Source of the DNA: Pontiella sp.
GTDB lineage: Bacteria > Verrucomicrobiota > Kiritimatiellia > Kiritimatiellales > Pontiellaceae
Assembly: GCA_050290185.1 (NCBI GenBank)
Contig: JBNKHE010000008.1
Coordinates: 64,001 to 128,000, forward strand
DNA length: 64,000 nucleotides
Reading direction: 5' to 3'
How positions within the stretch are numbered: position 1 is the stretch's first letter; every line of letters begins with the position of its first letter. The translations under genes and the position numbers were made by a program. Below are positions 19,741 to 29,208 of this stretch, one piece after another. The notes under the pieces were generated by a model, which saw nothing but the letters and a program-made list of their open reading frames with translations, was not told the DNA's origin and searched no databases.

Positions 19741-22494
19741 ATGGAGGAGCACATATACAAGCTGGTTGAAAAGTTTCCATTTGCTGTATATGAGTGTAAA
19801 CGCTCGGAAAACGGGCAATTTGTCTTCACATACTGCAGCGAATCCATTGAGCAACTTTTGTTCGTCGACTCCGGGGAGCTGACCCCGGATGGTAATGTCG
19901 CATGGCGTCATGTCTGCCCGGAGTTTGTCGAATCCATACGTTCGGCATTTGAATCCTCGGCGAAATCACTCGTTCCCCTGGAAATCAAGTTCAAGGTTCG
20001 CACCCCCGAAGGCGTGCGCCTGTGGGTGCGCAGCAGGGGCTTTCCCAATCGGGAAGAGGATGGAAGTGTTGTCTGGAATGGTTTCATGGAGGATATTACG
20101 GGTTTGGTCCAGGAGGATGATGAGGCCAAGCGGAGAGACTCCCTGCTGCGGAATATCTTCGAAAACCTGCCGGACTCGATCTACTACAAGGATGCCAAAG
20201 GACGGATGATCGATGCCAACGAGGCCTGTTGCCTGCATCATAATACAACCAGAGGGGAAATCCGGGGGAAAACCGACCTGGATCTTTATCCGGGGCCAAG
20301 GGGAGAAGAAGCCCGGGAAAAGGAACAACGGTTGATGGCTGAGGGCGCCGTGCTTCGGTTGCAGGAAAGTTTCGATGAAGCCGATGGTCGCACTCTGTAC
20401 TTGGATACGGTCAAGATCCCCTTGTTCAGCGAGTCCGGCCGCTTGCTCGGGTTGGCTGGCATCTCGCGCGATGTAACCGCTCAGGTGCTGGGGGAACAGG
20501 CGTTGGTTCGGGCCAAGCAGGAGAGCGAGCACCACGCCGCATTCATTCAGGCGATTTTCGACAATCTCGACGATCAGTTCTACTACAAGGATGCCCAGTC
20601 GCGTGTGATTGGCGGCAACAAGGCATGGGTCAGGTATTGCGGTGCAGCATCGTTGGATGAACTGATCGGTAAAACGGATTTGGAACTGCACCCCTTCCCC
20701 CTGGGAAAACAACTGTACGACGGTGAACAGGCCCTGATTGCTTCCGGCGAAAACATCCGAATGCGCGAATGCCACAAACAGGATGATGGCCGCGTCTGTT
20801 ATGTTGAATCCATCAAGTGTCCGATGAGAAATGAAAATGGCGAGGTGATCGGGCTGGCCGGCATTTCCAGGGATATCACGGCACAGGTGGAAGATGAAAA
20901 TGCGTTGGTCGAGGCGCGGCAGGCTGCTGAAGTCGCCAACGAGGCCAAAAGCATGTTCCTTGCGATGATGAGCCACGAAATAAGGACCCCGATGAACGGG
21001 GTCATTGGCGCGGCAAGCCTGCTTTCCGGCACGCCGCTTACCCCGTTGCAAAGCGAATTTGTCCACACCATCAACGTGAGCGGCGAAAACCTGCTGTGTC
21101 TTATCAATGATATTCTCGACTACTCGAAAATCGAAGCTGGAAAGATTGAGCTTGAACAGGTTCCTTTCAGCCTGCGCTCTTGCATTGAGGACTCGTTCGA
21201 CCTCTTCGTCCGGTCCGCGATCAAGAAGAACCTGGAGCTGTTCCATTTCATCGATCCCGCCATTCCCGAAACCCTGGTTGGCGATCCGTCCCGCTTGCGG
21301 CAGGTCATCATCAACCTGGTGGGAAATGCGGTCAAATTCACCGAAACGGGGGAGGTTGGTCTTCGAGTGGTTCCGGTGGAAGGTCAATCGGATGGGGATA
21401 GGCAGCGCATAAGGATTTCCGTACGCGACACAGGCATCGGCATCCCGGACGATGCGAAGAAAAATCTTTTCCAGGCCTTTACCCAGGTTGAAGGATCCAG
21501 TACGCGCAAATATGAAGGAACCGGACTGGGCCTGACGATCAGCCGCCGGATGATCGAACTTATGGGCGGGCGGATTTGGTTCGAAAGCAAACACGGAGAA
21601 GGTAGCACATTCTTCTTCGAACTTGAGTTGCCGGTCTCACCGGAAAGTCCCGAATCCCTTAATCGTCCGGTTCACCCTGCGGTCCTGGTCGGCAAGCGCG
21701 CCCTGATTGTCGACGACAACGAAACAAATCGCTGGCTGCTGGTCGACCAACTGGCCCGGTGGTCGATTGATTCCAAATCGTTTTCTTCCCCGAAAGAGGC
21801 GTTGCGCCATCTGGGCGAGGGCCACGAGTACGATATTGCATTGCTTGATTTCAATATGCCGGAAATGGACGGACGGGAGTTGGCCTCGGCTATATGCGAC
21901 CTCCAAGGAGAAGCACGCCTTCCGGTGGTTATCCTGAGTAGTTCGTGTGAAAACTATTCATCCGACTCCGCCATCGATGCATGGCTTTCCAAGCCCGTCA
22001 AGCAGGAGAAATTACGCGCTCAACTTCTCCATGTGTTTTCTGCCGCGCCCCGAATGGGCGAGGATGAGGTTGAATCATCAACCACGCGTGTACAGGTTCG
22101 TAAGGATTACGACCTTCGCATCCTCGTTGGCGAAGACAATGCCATTAACCGGCGCGTCGTGAAAATGATGTTGGAGCGGCTTGGCTATGGCAACGTAGTC
22201 GTTGTTCCAGATGGTGAGGATGCGGTGGCGGCCGCAACCGACATGCAGTTCGATGTGGTTCTCATGGATGTCCAGATGCCGGGCATGGACGGGCTGGAGG
22301 CAACCCGACAGATCAGGAACCATACGGGCAACAAGGAAATACCTTGGATTGTTGCGTTGACGGCAGGGGTTATGGAAAACGAGCGAAACACTGCATTCGC
22401 TGCCGGCATGAACGGATTCCTTCCCAAGCCACTGAGGGTGGAAATGCTTGAAGAAGTTCTGGATATGGTGCGGGAGAAATACCGAAAAGGCTAG
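19741..22494 (+). CDS. Cytoplasmic hybrid sensor kinase (3 PAS - HisKA - HATPase - 2 REC)
   Basis: PAS/PAC repeats (YYKD...GKTD...GISRD), MSHEIRTPMNG, GTGLGL, two receiver domains. Confidence 0.93.
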   Translation: MEEHIYKLVEKFPFAVYECKRSENGQFVFTYCSESIEQLLFVDSGELTPDGNVAWRHVCPEFVESIRSAFESSAKSLVPLEIKFKVRTPEGVRLWVRSRGFPNREEDGSVVWNGFMEDITGLVQEDDEAKRRDSLLRNIFENLPDSIYYKDAKGRMIDANEACCLHHNTTRGEIRGKTDLDLYPGPRGEEAREKEQRLMAEGAVLRLQESFDEADGRTLYLDTVKIPLFSESGRLLGLAGISRDVTAQVLGEQALVRAKQESEHHAAFIQAIFDNLDDQFYYKDAQSRVIGGNKAWVRYCGAASLDELIGKTDLELHPFPLGKQLYDGEQALIASGENIRMRECHKQDDGRVCYVESIKCPMRNENGEVIGLAGISRDITAQVEDENALVEARQAAEVANEAKSMFLAMMSHEIRTPMNGVIGAASLLSGTPLTPLQSEFVHTINVSGENLLCLINDILDYSKIEAGKIELEQVPFSLRSCIEDSFDLFVRSAIKKNLELFHFIDPAIPETLVGDPSRLRQVIINLVGNAVKFTETGEVGLRVVPVEGQSDGDRQRIRISVRDTGIGIPDDAKKNLFQAFTQVEGSSTRKYEGTGLGLTISRRMIELMGGRIWFESKHGEGSTFFFELELPVSPESPESLNRPVHPAVLVGKRALIVDDNETNRWLLVDQLARWSIDSKSFSSPKEALRHLGEGHEYDIALLDFNMPEMDGRELASAICDLQGEARLPVVILSSSCENYSSDSAIDAWLSKPVKQEKLRAQLLHVFSAAPRMGEDEVESSTTRVQVRKDYDLRILVGEDNAINRRVVKMMLERLGYGNVVVVPDGEDAVAAATDMQFDVVLMDVQMPGMDGLEATRQIRNHTGNKEIPWIVALTAGVMENERNTAFAAGMNGFLPKPLRVEMLEEVLDMVREKYRKG

Positions 22495-23156
22495 CCTTGC
22501 AGAAACGACCGAATTTCCTTCATGACCGATTCGAAATGATGGGCCGGCAAGGCGTGTCCACCGTTTTCGAAGATCTTCAAGGTGCTATTCTGCAGATGCG
22601 CTTGCAGCCATTCACTCGCGCCGGAAGGGATGATGCGATCTCCGGCGCCGTGCAGCAACAAAACCGGAAGGTTGATTCCGGAAATCTTTTCCCGGAGATC
22701 CGACTGAAGCAGGTATTCGAGCCCCGCCACGAGGCCGGTCAAATCAAGCGACGCGTTTTTTCTCATCGCGGCGGCTTGGCGGCTTTCCCTGCGCGGGAAA
22801 TGCACGTTCTTGAAGAATTCATCCAGCACGGATTCAGAATCTCGCTTGAGTTGGAGAATCATGCGCCGCAACACCTTTTCGTGTGTTCCGCATGGGTAGC
22901 CATCGGTGGAACAGAACTTGGCGGTCGATGAAATCAGAACCAGCTTTTTGCAAGATGCCGGCAATAGCTCCATCGCCAGTAACCCGCCCATTGAGCCGGT
23001 GACAATATAATCCGCCGCAGGAATTGTTCGGGTATTCAAGACTTCGCTGCCGGTGACCAGTTGAACATCAAAGACCTTTTCCATCGCCTCGCCCATCGGC
23101 TTGATGGCATCGATACCATGTGCCCATCCTGAAATAATGACTACGCTTTGTTTCAT
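22491..23156 (-). CDS. bioH: Pimeloyl-ACP methyl ester carboxylesterase-like alpha/beta hydrolase
   Basis: SGW oxyanion motif, GSMGG nucleophile, HGAGDRIIP, GHA; directly downstream of bioF. Confidence 0.8.
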   Translation of the reverse strand: MKQSVVIISGWAHGIDAIKPMGEAMEKVFDVQLVTGSEVLNTRTIPAADYIVTGSMGGLLAMELLPASCKKLVLISSTAKFCSTDGYPCGTHEKVLRRMILQLKRDSESVLDEFFKNVHFPRRESRQAAAMRKNASLDLTGLVAGLEYLLQSDLREKISGINLPVLLLHGAGDRIIPSGASEWLQAHLQNSTLKIFENGGHALPAHHFESVMKEIRSFLQG

Positions 23157-23160
23157 TTAA

Positions 23161-23215
23161 ACACGAAGGCACGAAGATCACGAAGCGAGAGCTTCCTTTG
23201 TGCCCTTTGAGTCCT
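23161..23215. repeat. CACGAAG x3 with a degenerate complementary arm, between bioF and bioH
   Basis: acacgaag gcacgaag atcacgaag ... ctttgtgc cctttgagt cc. Confidence 0.6.
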
Positions 23216-23222
23216 TTCTTTC

Positions 23223-24383
23223 TTAGTGTTTTATGGTCTCAAGAATTGCTTTGGCAGCGTGTTCGAGGTCGTCGATGTGGTGGGCGAGGGTGATGGAGAT
23301 GCGCAGCCGGGCGGAGCCGGCGGGAACCGTCGGCGGCCGGATGGCGGTGGCAATGATGCCCTGTTCGCGCAACTTCTGCGAAACAGTCACAGCTTTTTCA
23401 TTGTCGCCGATAACGACCGGAATGATCTGGCTTTGGCTTTGCAGGGTGTCGACTCCTGCTTCATGCAGCAACGACCGGAAATATTCGGCGTTGGCCTGCA
23501 GGACGTTTCCGAGATTCGGCGAGGCGTCCAGCACATCGAGTACGCCAAGGGCTGCACCGATGACCGCAGGTGGCGGGGCGGTAGTGTAGATAAAGGCGCG
23601 CGCGGAGTTGACCAGCAGCTTGCGCAGGTTTTCGGAGCAGGCCACGAAGCCGCCGAAGCCGGCCAGCGCCTTGCTCATGGTTCCCATCGAGACGGTGATG
23701 GAACTTTCCAGTCCGTGTTCGCGGATCAGTCCGGCACCGTTGGGTCCGAACGTGCCCGTGCCATGGGCTTCATCCACCATGCACATGGCGGCGTGTTTTT
23801 CCGCGAGCTCGGCGATTTCCTTTAAGGGAGCAATGTCGCCATCCATGCCGAAAACGGATTCGGTAATGATCAGTTTGCGACATTGGGTATCCGCATACTG
23901 TTCCAGCCGCTGTTCCAACGCCGCGGCATCGTTATGCGCAAAACGCACGAGCCTAGCTCCGCTCAGCCTGCAGGCATCGATCATGCTGGCATGGACGAGC
24001 TTGTCGGCAAAGATCAGGTCTTCTCGTCCGGCGAGTATGGGAATAGTGCCGGCGTTGGCCATGTAGCCCGTGCCAAACACGAGTGCGGACGGGTAGCCTT
24101 TTTTCTTGGCGAGACGTGCTTCCAGCTCTTCGTGGATCGGCAGCGTTCCCGTGACCAACCGCGAGGCCGTCGACCCGATGCCGTATTGATCCAGTGCTTC
24201 GCGGGCGCGATCCATCACGTGGCGGTGGTGCGATAGATCAAGATAGTCGTTGCTCGAAAAGTTGAGCACTTCCTTCCCGTTGATCACAATTTTCCCGCCC
24301 GCTTCGGGATAGACCCGTGCCGTCCGCTCGAGTCCCTGGGTTTTTGCCTCGTCCAGTATTGGTTGTATCCAGTCTTCACGCAT
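23223..24383 (-). CDS. bioF: 8-amino-7-oxononanoate synthase
   Basis: FSSNDYL, ASRLVTG, GYMAN, HASMIDA, VDEAH, PLP Lys in TMSKAL, IRPPTVP. Confidence 0.95.
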   Translation of the reverse strand: MREDWIQPILDEAKTQGLERTARVYPEAGGKIVINGKEVLNFSSNDYLDLSHHRHVMDRAREALDQYGIGSTASRLVTGTLPIHEELEARLAKKKGYPSALVFGTGYMANAGTIPILAGREDLIFADKLVHASMIDACRLSGARLVRFAHNDAAALEQRLEQYADTQCRKLIITESVFGMDGDIAPLKEIAELAEKHAAMCMVDEAHGTGTFGPNGAGLIREHGLESSITVSMGTMSKALAGFGGFVACSENLRKLLVNSARAFIYTTAPPPAVIGAALGVLDVLDASPNLGNVLQANAEYFRSLLHEAGVDTLQSQSQIIPVVIGDNEKAVTVSQKLREQGIIATAIRPPTVPAGSARLRISITLAHHIDDLEHAAKAILETIKH

Positions 24384-24447
24384 AGTTGACACTTTCGCCA
24401 ACTTGCGGAATTGGCGCAATCCCGAAAAGGGAATATAACTCGAAGGC

Positions 24448-25068
24448 ATGATTAACCTAATGGCCCCTTGGATTCCCTATGTAGCTGTATTGATCGGCAT
24501 GTATGTATTGCATAGTGCGTGGATTGCTATCCTGCTTTACCATGCAGGGATCGCCGCATTTCTATTTCTTCGCAAGCCAGCCGGCCTATGGATTCGAATG
24601 AGAACGGGCTTCAAAACGCCGCTGCTCATGCCTGGATTGCTCATCGGCGCACTGGCTGCGCCGGTCGTCTATTTCCTGTGGCCGTGGTTTTCGGTCTCGG
24701 ATAATATCCTGCCGCAGTGGATGGCGTACTATGGCTTGAGCGGCTGGGCATGGCTGTTGCTCATTCCCTACTTTTCAATGATCCACCCGATTCTGGAAGA
24801 AGCGCTTTGGCGTGAAATTGCTCCGAAACGCTTTACCTGGTTCTGCCGCCAGGATCTGCTATTTGCGGGCTACCACGTGCTGGTGTTGCTGCAGCTCATG
24901 AAGACGCCGTGGCTCGTGCTGGTTTTTCCCATCCTGGCGGGGAGCTCTATATGGTGGCGCTGGTCCGTTGCGCGTTGCGGCGGTTACGGGGTGTCGCTCC
25001 TTACCCATGCCACGGCCGATGCAGGCGTCGTGATAGCCGTACTTTTACTGTTGCGGCATTATTCATGA
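24448..25068 (+). CDS. CPBP (CAAX/Abi) family intramembrane protease-like protein
   Basis: Hydrophobic; LEEALWR, FAGYH, HATAD motifs. Confidence 0.7.
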   Translation: MINLMAPWIPYVAVLIGMYVLHSAWIAILLYHAGIAAFLFLRKPAGLWIRMRTGFKTPLLMPGLLIGALAAPVVYFLWPWFSVSDNILPQWMAYYGLSGWAWLLLIPYFSMIHPILEEALWREIAPKRFTWFCRQDLLFAGYHVLVLLQLMKTPWLVLVFPILAGSSIWWRWSVARCGGYGVSLLTHATADAGVVIAVLLLLRHYS

Positions 25069-25129
25069 TCGGTTTTGACAACGGGTTGAATGCGACTAAT
25101 GTAGTCCTGTTAAGGATAGGAGTTTTGCT

Positions 25130-25306
25130 ATGAGAAAATCACCCAAAGAACTGATTCAACAAGCCAAGGGTCCATGTGGCTGCCTGGAGCTTGACGATCC
25201 CTTTATCGAATATGTCAACGGCGCGGATTATGTGAAGTTAAACGGCGAATACTCCGCCGAAGAACTGCATACCATTGCCCATTGGATGGAAGGGAAAGTA
25301 GAATAA
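25130..25306 (+). CDS. Small hypothetical protein (58 aa, contains CGC)
   Basis: Below the ORF-track cutoff; AGGAG RBS; MRKSPKELIQQAKGPCGCLELDDPFIEYVNGADYVKLNGEYSAEELHTIAHWMEGKVE; followed by a hairpin. Confidence 0.65.
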   Translation: MRKSPKELIQQAKGPCGCLELDDPFIEYVNGADYVKLNGEYSAEELHTIAHWMEGKVE

Positions 25307-25364
25307 AAAGTACGTGCCTTTAGACGGCTTCTGCGGACGGGCCGTCTAAAGGCACGTACTTTTT
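25305..25364. terminator. Perfect 24-bp inverted repeat, bidirectional terminator-like
   Basis: AAAAAGTACGTGCCTTTAGACGGC-N12-GCCGTCTAAAGGCACGTACTTTTT. Confidence 0.75.
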
Positions 25365-25389
25365 CAACGCCGGTTTAACGGAGGACGCT

Positions 25390-26181
25390 ATGGAACTGGG
25401 ACTGCGCGGAAAGGTAGCGATGGTGGCGGCATCGAGCAAGGGGCTGGGCTTTGGCATTGCCCGCGAACTGGCACGGGAGGGCGCGCTGGTCTCCATCGGA
25501 AGCCGAACGGAATCCGATATTTTTGACGCTGCCGCACTGCTGGCCGATGAGACGGAGACCGAGGTGCTTCCGAACGTGCTCGATGCCTCCGACCCTGATT
25601 CCATCAATCTGTGGCTGGACAACACGATCAATGCCTTTGGCGGCGTGGATATGTTGGTGGTCAATGCCGGCGGACCTCCGGCCGGGATTTTTGATGACTT
25701 TGACGATGACGACTGGCAGAACGCTTTTGAACTGACGCTCATGAGTGCTGTACGGATGATACGCGGCGTTTTGCCCTTTATGCGGACAGCTGGCGGCGGT
25801 TCGATCCTGACCATTACCTCCTGTTCGGTGAAAGAGCCGATCGATTTTCTACTGCTTTCCAATGTGATGCGCTCCGGCGTGACGAGCCTGGCCAAAAGCT
25901 TGTCTCAACAGCTTGCGCCGGAAAACATCCGCGTCAACAACCTGATGCCGGGGCGGATCAATACCGACCGCGTGCAGTCGCTCGATGCCATGAATGCCGA
26001 AAAGCGCGGCCTGGATATCGAGGATATCAAAGCGGCCAATGAACTGGGCATTCCGTTGCGCCGCTATGGCACCATCGAGGAGTTCGGGCGGCTCGGCGCC
26101 TTCCTGCTTTCCGATGCCGCCAGCTACATCACCGGCCAGACCATCGCCGTCGACGGAGGCTCCATCAAGACGGTCTGGTAG
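25390..26181 (+). CDS. SDR family oxidoreductase (FabG-like)
   Basis: ASSKGLG, NAGGPP, SNVMR, ITGQTIAVDGG. Confidence 0.9.
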   Translation: MELGLRGKVAMVAASSKGLGFGIARELAREGALVSIGSRTESDIFDAAALLADETETEVLPNVLDASDPDSINLWLDNTINAFGGVDMLVVNAGGPPAGIFDDFDDDDWQNAFELTLMSAVRMIRGVLPFMRTAGGGSILTITSCSVKEPIDFLLLSNVMRSGVTSLAKSLSQQLAPENIRVNNLMPGRINTDRVQSLDAMNAEKRGLDIEDIKAANELGIPLRRYGTIEEFGRLGAFLLSDAASYITGQTIAVDGGSIKTVW

Positions 26182-26263
26182 CCGCTAATTTAGACACGGT
26201 CTCGGTTTACTTCACCGCCGATGCTCTCTACTCTCTGCCGCTCATTTTCAACGAGGAAGAACA

Positions 26264-27250
26264 ATGGACTGGAAAGCTTTGGCAAACCGAATTCTGGATG
26301 GTGGAGAACCGATCACGCGCGATGAGGCGTTGGCGGTGCTGAACTCGTCCGACGACGAGCTGCTCGACGTGCTGCAGGCGTCGTACCTGATCCGCAAGAA
26401 CTTCTTCGGCAAGAAGGTCAGCCTGCATGTGCTGAAGAATGCCAAGAGCGGCGTCTGTCCCGAAGATTGCTCATTCTGCAGCCAGTCGAAAAGTTCCAGC
26501 GCGGATGTCGAGGAATACGAAATGCAGTCGGCCGATGAAATCGTGGCCGGCGCGCAGGATGCCGCCGACATGCAGGCCTTGCGCTACTGCGTTGTGACCA
26601 GCTCGCGCGCACCGTCCGAAAACGAGATGAAGACCATTACCGATGCCGCTTCGCGCATAAAGCAAGAATATCCCCAGCTCGAACTCTGCGCTTCCATGGG
26701 TTTTCTGACCGAGGACAAGGCGCGCCGCCTGAAGGAATCCGGCGTCGACCGCTTCAACCACAATCTCGAAACCTCGGCCAGCTTCTATCCTTCGATCTGC
26801 TCCACGCACCAGTACGAAGACCGCGTTGCGACGGCAAAAACCGTCAAGAAAGTCGGGTTGGATCTCTGTTGCGGCGGGCTGATCGGCATGGGCGAAGCCC
26901 TCGAAGACCGCGTGGATCTGGCGCTGGCGCTCAAGGAATTGAAGGCCGATTCCGCGCCGATCAACTTCCTCGACCCGCGCGAAGGCACCAAGCTCGAAGG
27001 ATCCGCGCGCGTGACGCCCAACGATTGTCTGCGTACGCTCGCTATGTTCCGCTTCGTGCTGACCTATGCCGAAGTGCGTATCGCCGGTGGCCGCGAAACC
27101 TGTCTGCGCAATCTCCAGCCGCTCTCGCTCTATCCCGCCAACTCCATGTTCACCAACGGTTATCTGACCACCGGTGGACAGAACTTTGATGCGGATAAAC
27201 GCATGATCGAAGATGCCGGTTTTGAAATCGGCCATCTGGTGAACGCGTAG
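26264..27250 (+). CDS. bioB: Biotin synthase
   Basis: Radical SAM motif CPEDCSFC, FNHNLETS, CCGGLIGMGE, RIAGGRE. Confidence 0.97.
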   Translation: MDWKALANRILDGGEPITRDEALAVLNSSDDELLDVLQASYLIRKNFFGKKVSLHVLKNAKSGVCPEDCSFCSQSKSSSADVEEYEMQSADEIVAGAQDAADMQALRYCVVTSSRAPSENEMKTITDAASRIKQEYPQLELCASMGFLTEDKARRLKESGVDRFNHNLETSASFYPSICSTHQYEDRVATAKTVKKVGLDLCCGGLIGMGEALEDRVDLALALKELKADSAPINFLDPREGTKLEGSARVTPNDCLRTLAMFRFVLTYAEVRIAGGRETCLRNLQPLSLYPANSMFTNGYLTTGGQNFDADKRMIEDAGFEIGHLVNA

Positions 27251-27259
27251 AAACGTTCC

Positions 27260-27310
27260 TGGAGGGGCATCGGCCTCGATGCCCGAGAATGCGGGGACAG
27301 CGTCCCTCCA
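27260..27310. repeat. REP-like palindromic element (TGGAGGG...CCCTCCA)
   Basis: Terminal inverted repeat with internal hairpins GGGCATCG/CGATGCCC and GGGAC/GTCCC. Confidence 0.55.
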
Positions 27311-27393
27311 TCCATTACCCCTTTTGGGTCTGTACGTTTAGCGGCGGATTGGATATAGTCTTTCGTTATTAAACCGAATTTCCGGGGTATAGA

Positions 27394-28596
27394 ATGAATA
27401 AGACCACATCGCTTTTCCTGGCATGCTTGCTGTTGACCGGAGGGTGTGCAACCGCACAAAACGGTGAGCTGGAAAAGTCCATCAACCATGCGCTGCAAGT
27501 GGCCAGGAGCCAGAGCATCGACATGGCCAAAGCCTTGGAAGATCAGGACGAACGGTTGCCGAAAACCATCAATGGCAACGGCGATCTGGAAACCTGCGCA
27601 TCGAGTTGGTGGGTCAGCGGCTTCTTTCCCGGCGTATTGTGGTATCTGTACGAGGAGTTTGAAACGGACCAACTGAAGGATTTTGCCGAAGAATACACGG
27701 ACCGTGTGGAAGACCAGAAACGTACTACCGACAACCATGACGTTGGATTCATGATTTTCTGCAGCTTTGGCAACGGCTATCGCATCACCAAAGACAAGGA
27801 ATATGCCAGGGTCATCAAGACGGCCTGCAAGTCGTTAAGCACACGCTTCGACTCTAGGATCGGTTGCATCCGGTCGTGGGATTATGCCGAGTGGAACAAG
27901 CAGTGGAAGTATCCGGTCATCATCGACAACATGATGAATCTGGAAATGCTGATGTGGGGCGGCAGGGAATTCCACAACAAGAAGTTTACCGATATTGCTA
28001 TCAGCCACGCCGATACCACGCTCAAGAACCACTTTCGCGAGGATGGAAGTTCCTTCCACGTGGTTTCCTACGAGTCGGACGGTGCTGTGGAAAAAAAGAA
28101 CACCTCGCAAGGCTATAGCGACGATTCGGCCTGGGCGCGCGGGCAGGGCTGGGGGCTCTACGGCTATACGATGATGTACCGTTTTACAAAGGATAAGAAA
28201 TATCTCGACCAGGCCGTCAAGATTGCCGAGTTCATCACCAATCATCCGCGTCTGCCGGAAGATAAGATTCCCTATTGGGATTTCGATGCGCCCGATATTC
28301 CTGATACGTTGCGCGATGCCTCCGCCGGGGCGCTGATCTGTTCCGCGCTGCTGGAGTTGAGCCTGTATGTAGACGACGCCCATTCGAAGAAATACATGGC
28401 GGTCGCCGAAATGCAGCTCAAAACCCTCTGCTCGCCGGAGTATCTCGCGGAGCCCGGCACCAACGGGCATTTTATCCTCAAGCACAGCGTTGGACACATG
28501 CCCAACAGGACGGAGGTCGACGTCCCTCTGACCTACGCCGACTACTACTTCATGGAAGCGTTGACTCGCTACAAGAAGATCAAGGGGTTGAAATAA
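27394..28596 (+). CDS. Glycoside hydrolase family 88 (unsaturated glucuronyl hydrolase), probable lipoprotein
   Basis: LTGGC lipobox, WVSGFFPG, HDVGF, IIDNMMNL, WARGQGW, RDASA, YADYYF. Confidence 0.92.
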   Translation: MNKTTSLFLACLLLTGGCATAQNGELEKSINHALQVARSQSIDMAKALEDQDERLPKTINGNGDLETCASSWWVSGFFPGVLWYLYEEFETDQLKDFAEEYTDRVEDQKRTTDNHDVGFMIFCSFGNGYRITKDKEYARVIKTACKSLSTRFDSRIGCIRSWDYAEWNKQWKYPVIIDNMMNLEMLMWGGREFHNKKFTDIAISHADTTLKNHFREDGSSFHVVSYESDGAVEKKNTSQGYSDDSAWARGQGWGLYGYTMMYRFTKDKKYLDQAVKIAEFITNHPRLPEDKIPYWDFDAPDIPDTLRDASAGALICSALLELSLYVDDAHSKKYMAVAEMQLKTLCSPEYLAEPGTNGHFILKHSVGHMPNRTEVDVPLTYADYYFMEALTRYKKIKGLK

Positions 28597-28602
28597 CGTA
28601 GT

Positions 28603-28654
28603 TGGAGGGATGACCTCGGGGTCGTCCTTCGGCCGGAACGGAGCCCGGCCCTCC
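28603..28654. repeat. REP-like palindromic element (TGGAGGG...CCCTCC)
   Basis: Internal hairpins GGATGACC/GGTCGTCC and GGCCGG/CCGGCC; same architecture as 27260-27310. Confidence 0.55.
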
Positions 28655-28808
28655 GGTTTAGGAAATATCCCGGATCTTCACCGGGCCGTAGGCGTTGAGT
28701 TTGCCGGGACTGGCGACGCCTGCGCTTAGGGACGTAAATTCGCCCACGAAGGGCTTGAGGTCATTTCGCGGTTCCAATCATAGGAAGCAACACGCTATAA
28801 GTGGTGGT

Positions 28809-29000
28809 ATGAAACTTCAACAAAACCAGCTATATAAAAAGGGCGAAGACTACATCCGCATTGTGGAATTGGCGCGTCTCGCCGTGAGTTACAAAATAAT
28901 GCAAAATCCGATGACTGGAGAGGGGACCACCCATCTTGTCACCAAGAAGGAGTTTTGCCGGCTCATCAAAGACGCCGAACTGCTCGACTACGAACCCTGA
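28809..29000 (+). CDS. Small hypothetical protein (63 aa)
   Basis: MKLQQNQLYKKGEDYIRIVELARLAVSYK...TKKEFCRLIK; protein-like composition; GGTGG upstream. Confidence 0.65.
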   Translation: MKLQQNQLYKKGEDYIRIVELARLAVSYKIMQNPMTGEGTTHLVTKKEFCRLIKDAELLDYEP

Positions 29001-29208
29001 GCATGGGGTTGTTCAATGTTCTGAAGACAAAGCATCCCACTTCTGTCAGGTGGCCGGCCCCAGACTTGTGTCTGGAAATCCCGGGCCTCCGGCGATGACG
29101 ATCTTTCCGGTAGGTATCGGATCCTTTGTCATGATCTTCTCCTCATCCCGGATGCGGTGGCCTTAGCTTGTAGGGAGGGAGCTGTCAACGACCTTCGCGC
29201 CGCGCGGC

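Noticed and set aside
19966..21594. Long antisense ORFs (542 aa here; also 7310-8380, 9364-10362, 55170-56513 and others)
   Set aside because: Shadow frames of well-supported genes on the opposite strand, typical of GC-rich codon usage.
24384..24447. BirA operator upstream of bioF (also checked before bioB at 26182-26263)
   Set aside because: Only a single TGTCAAC-like half site; no properly spaced inverted partner.
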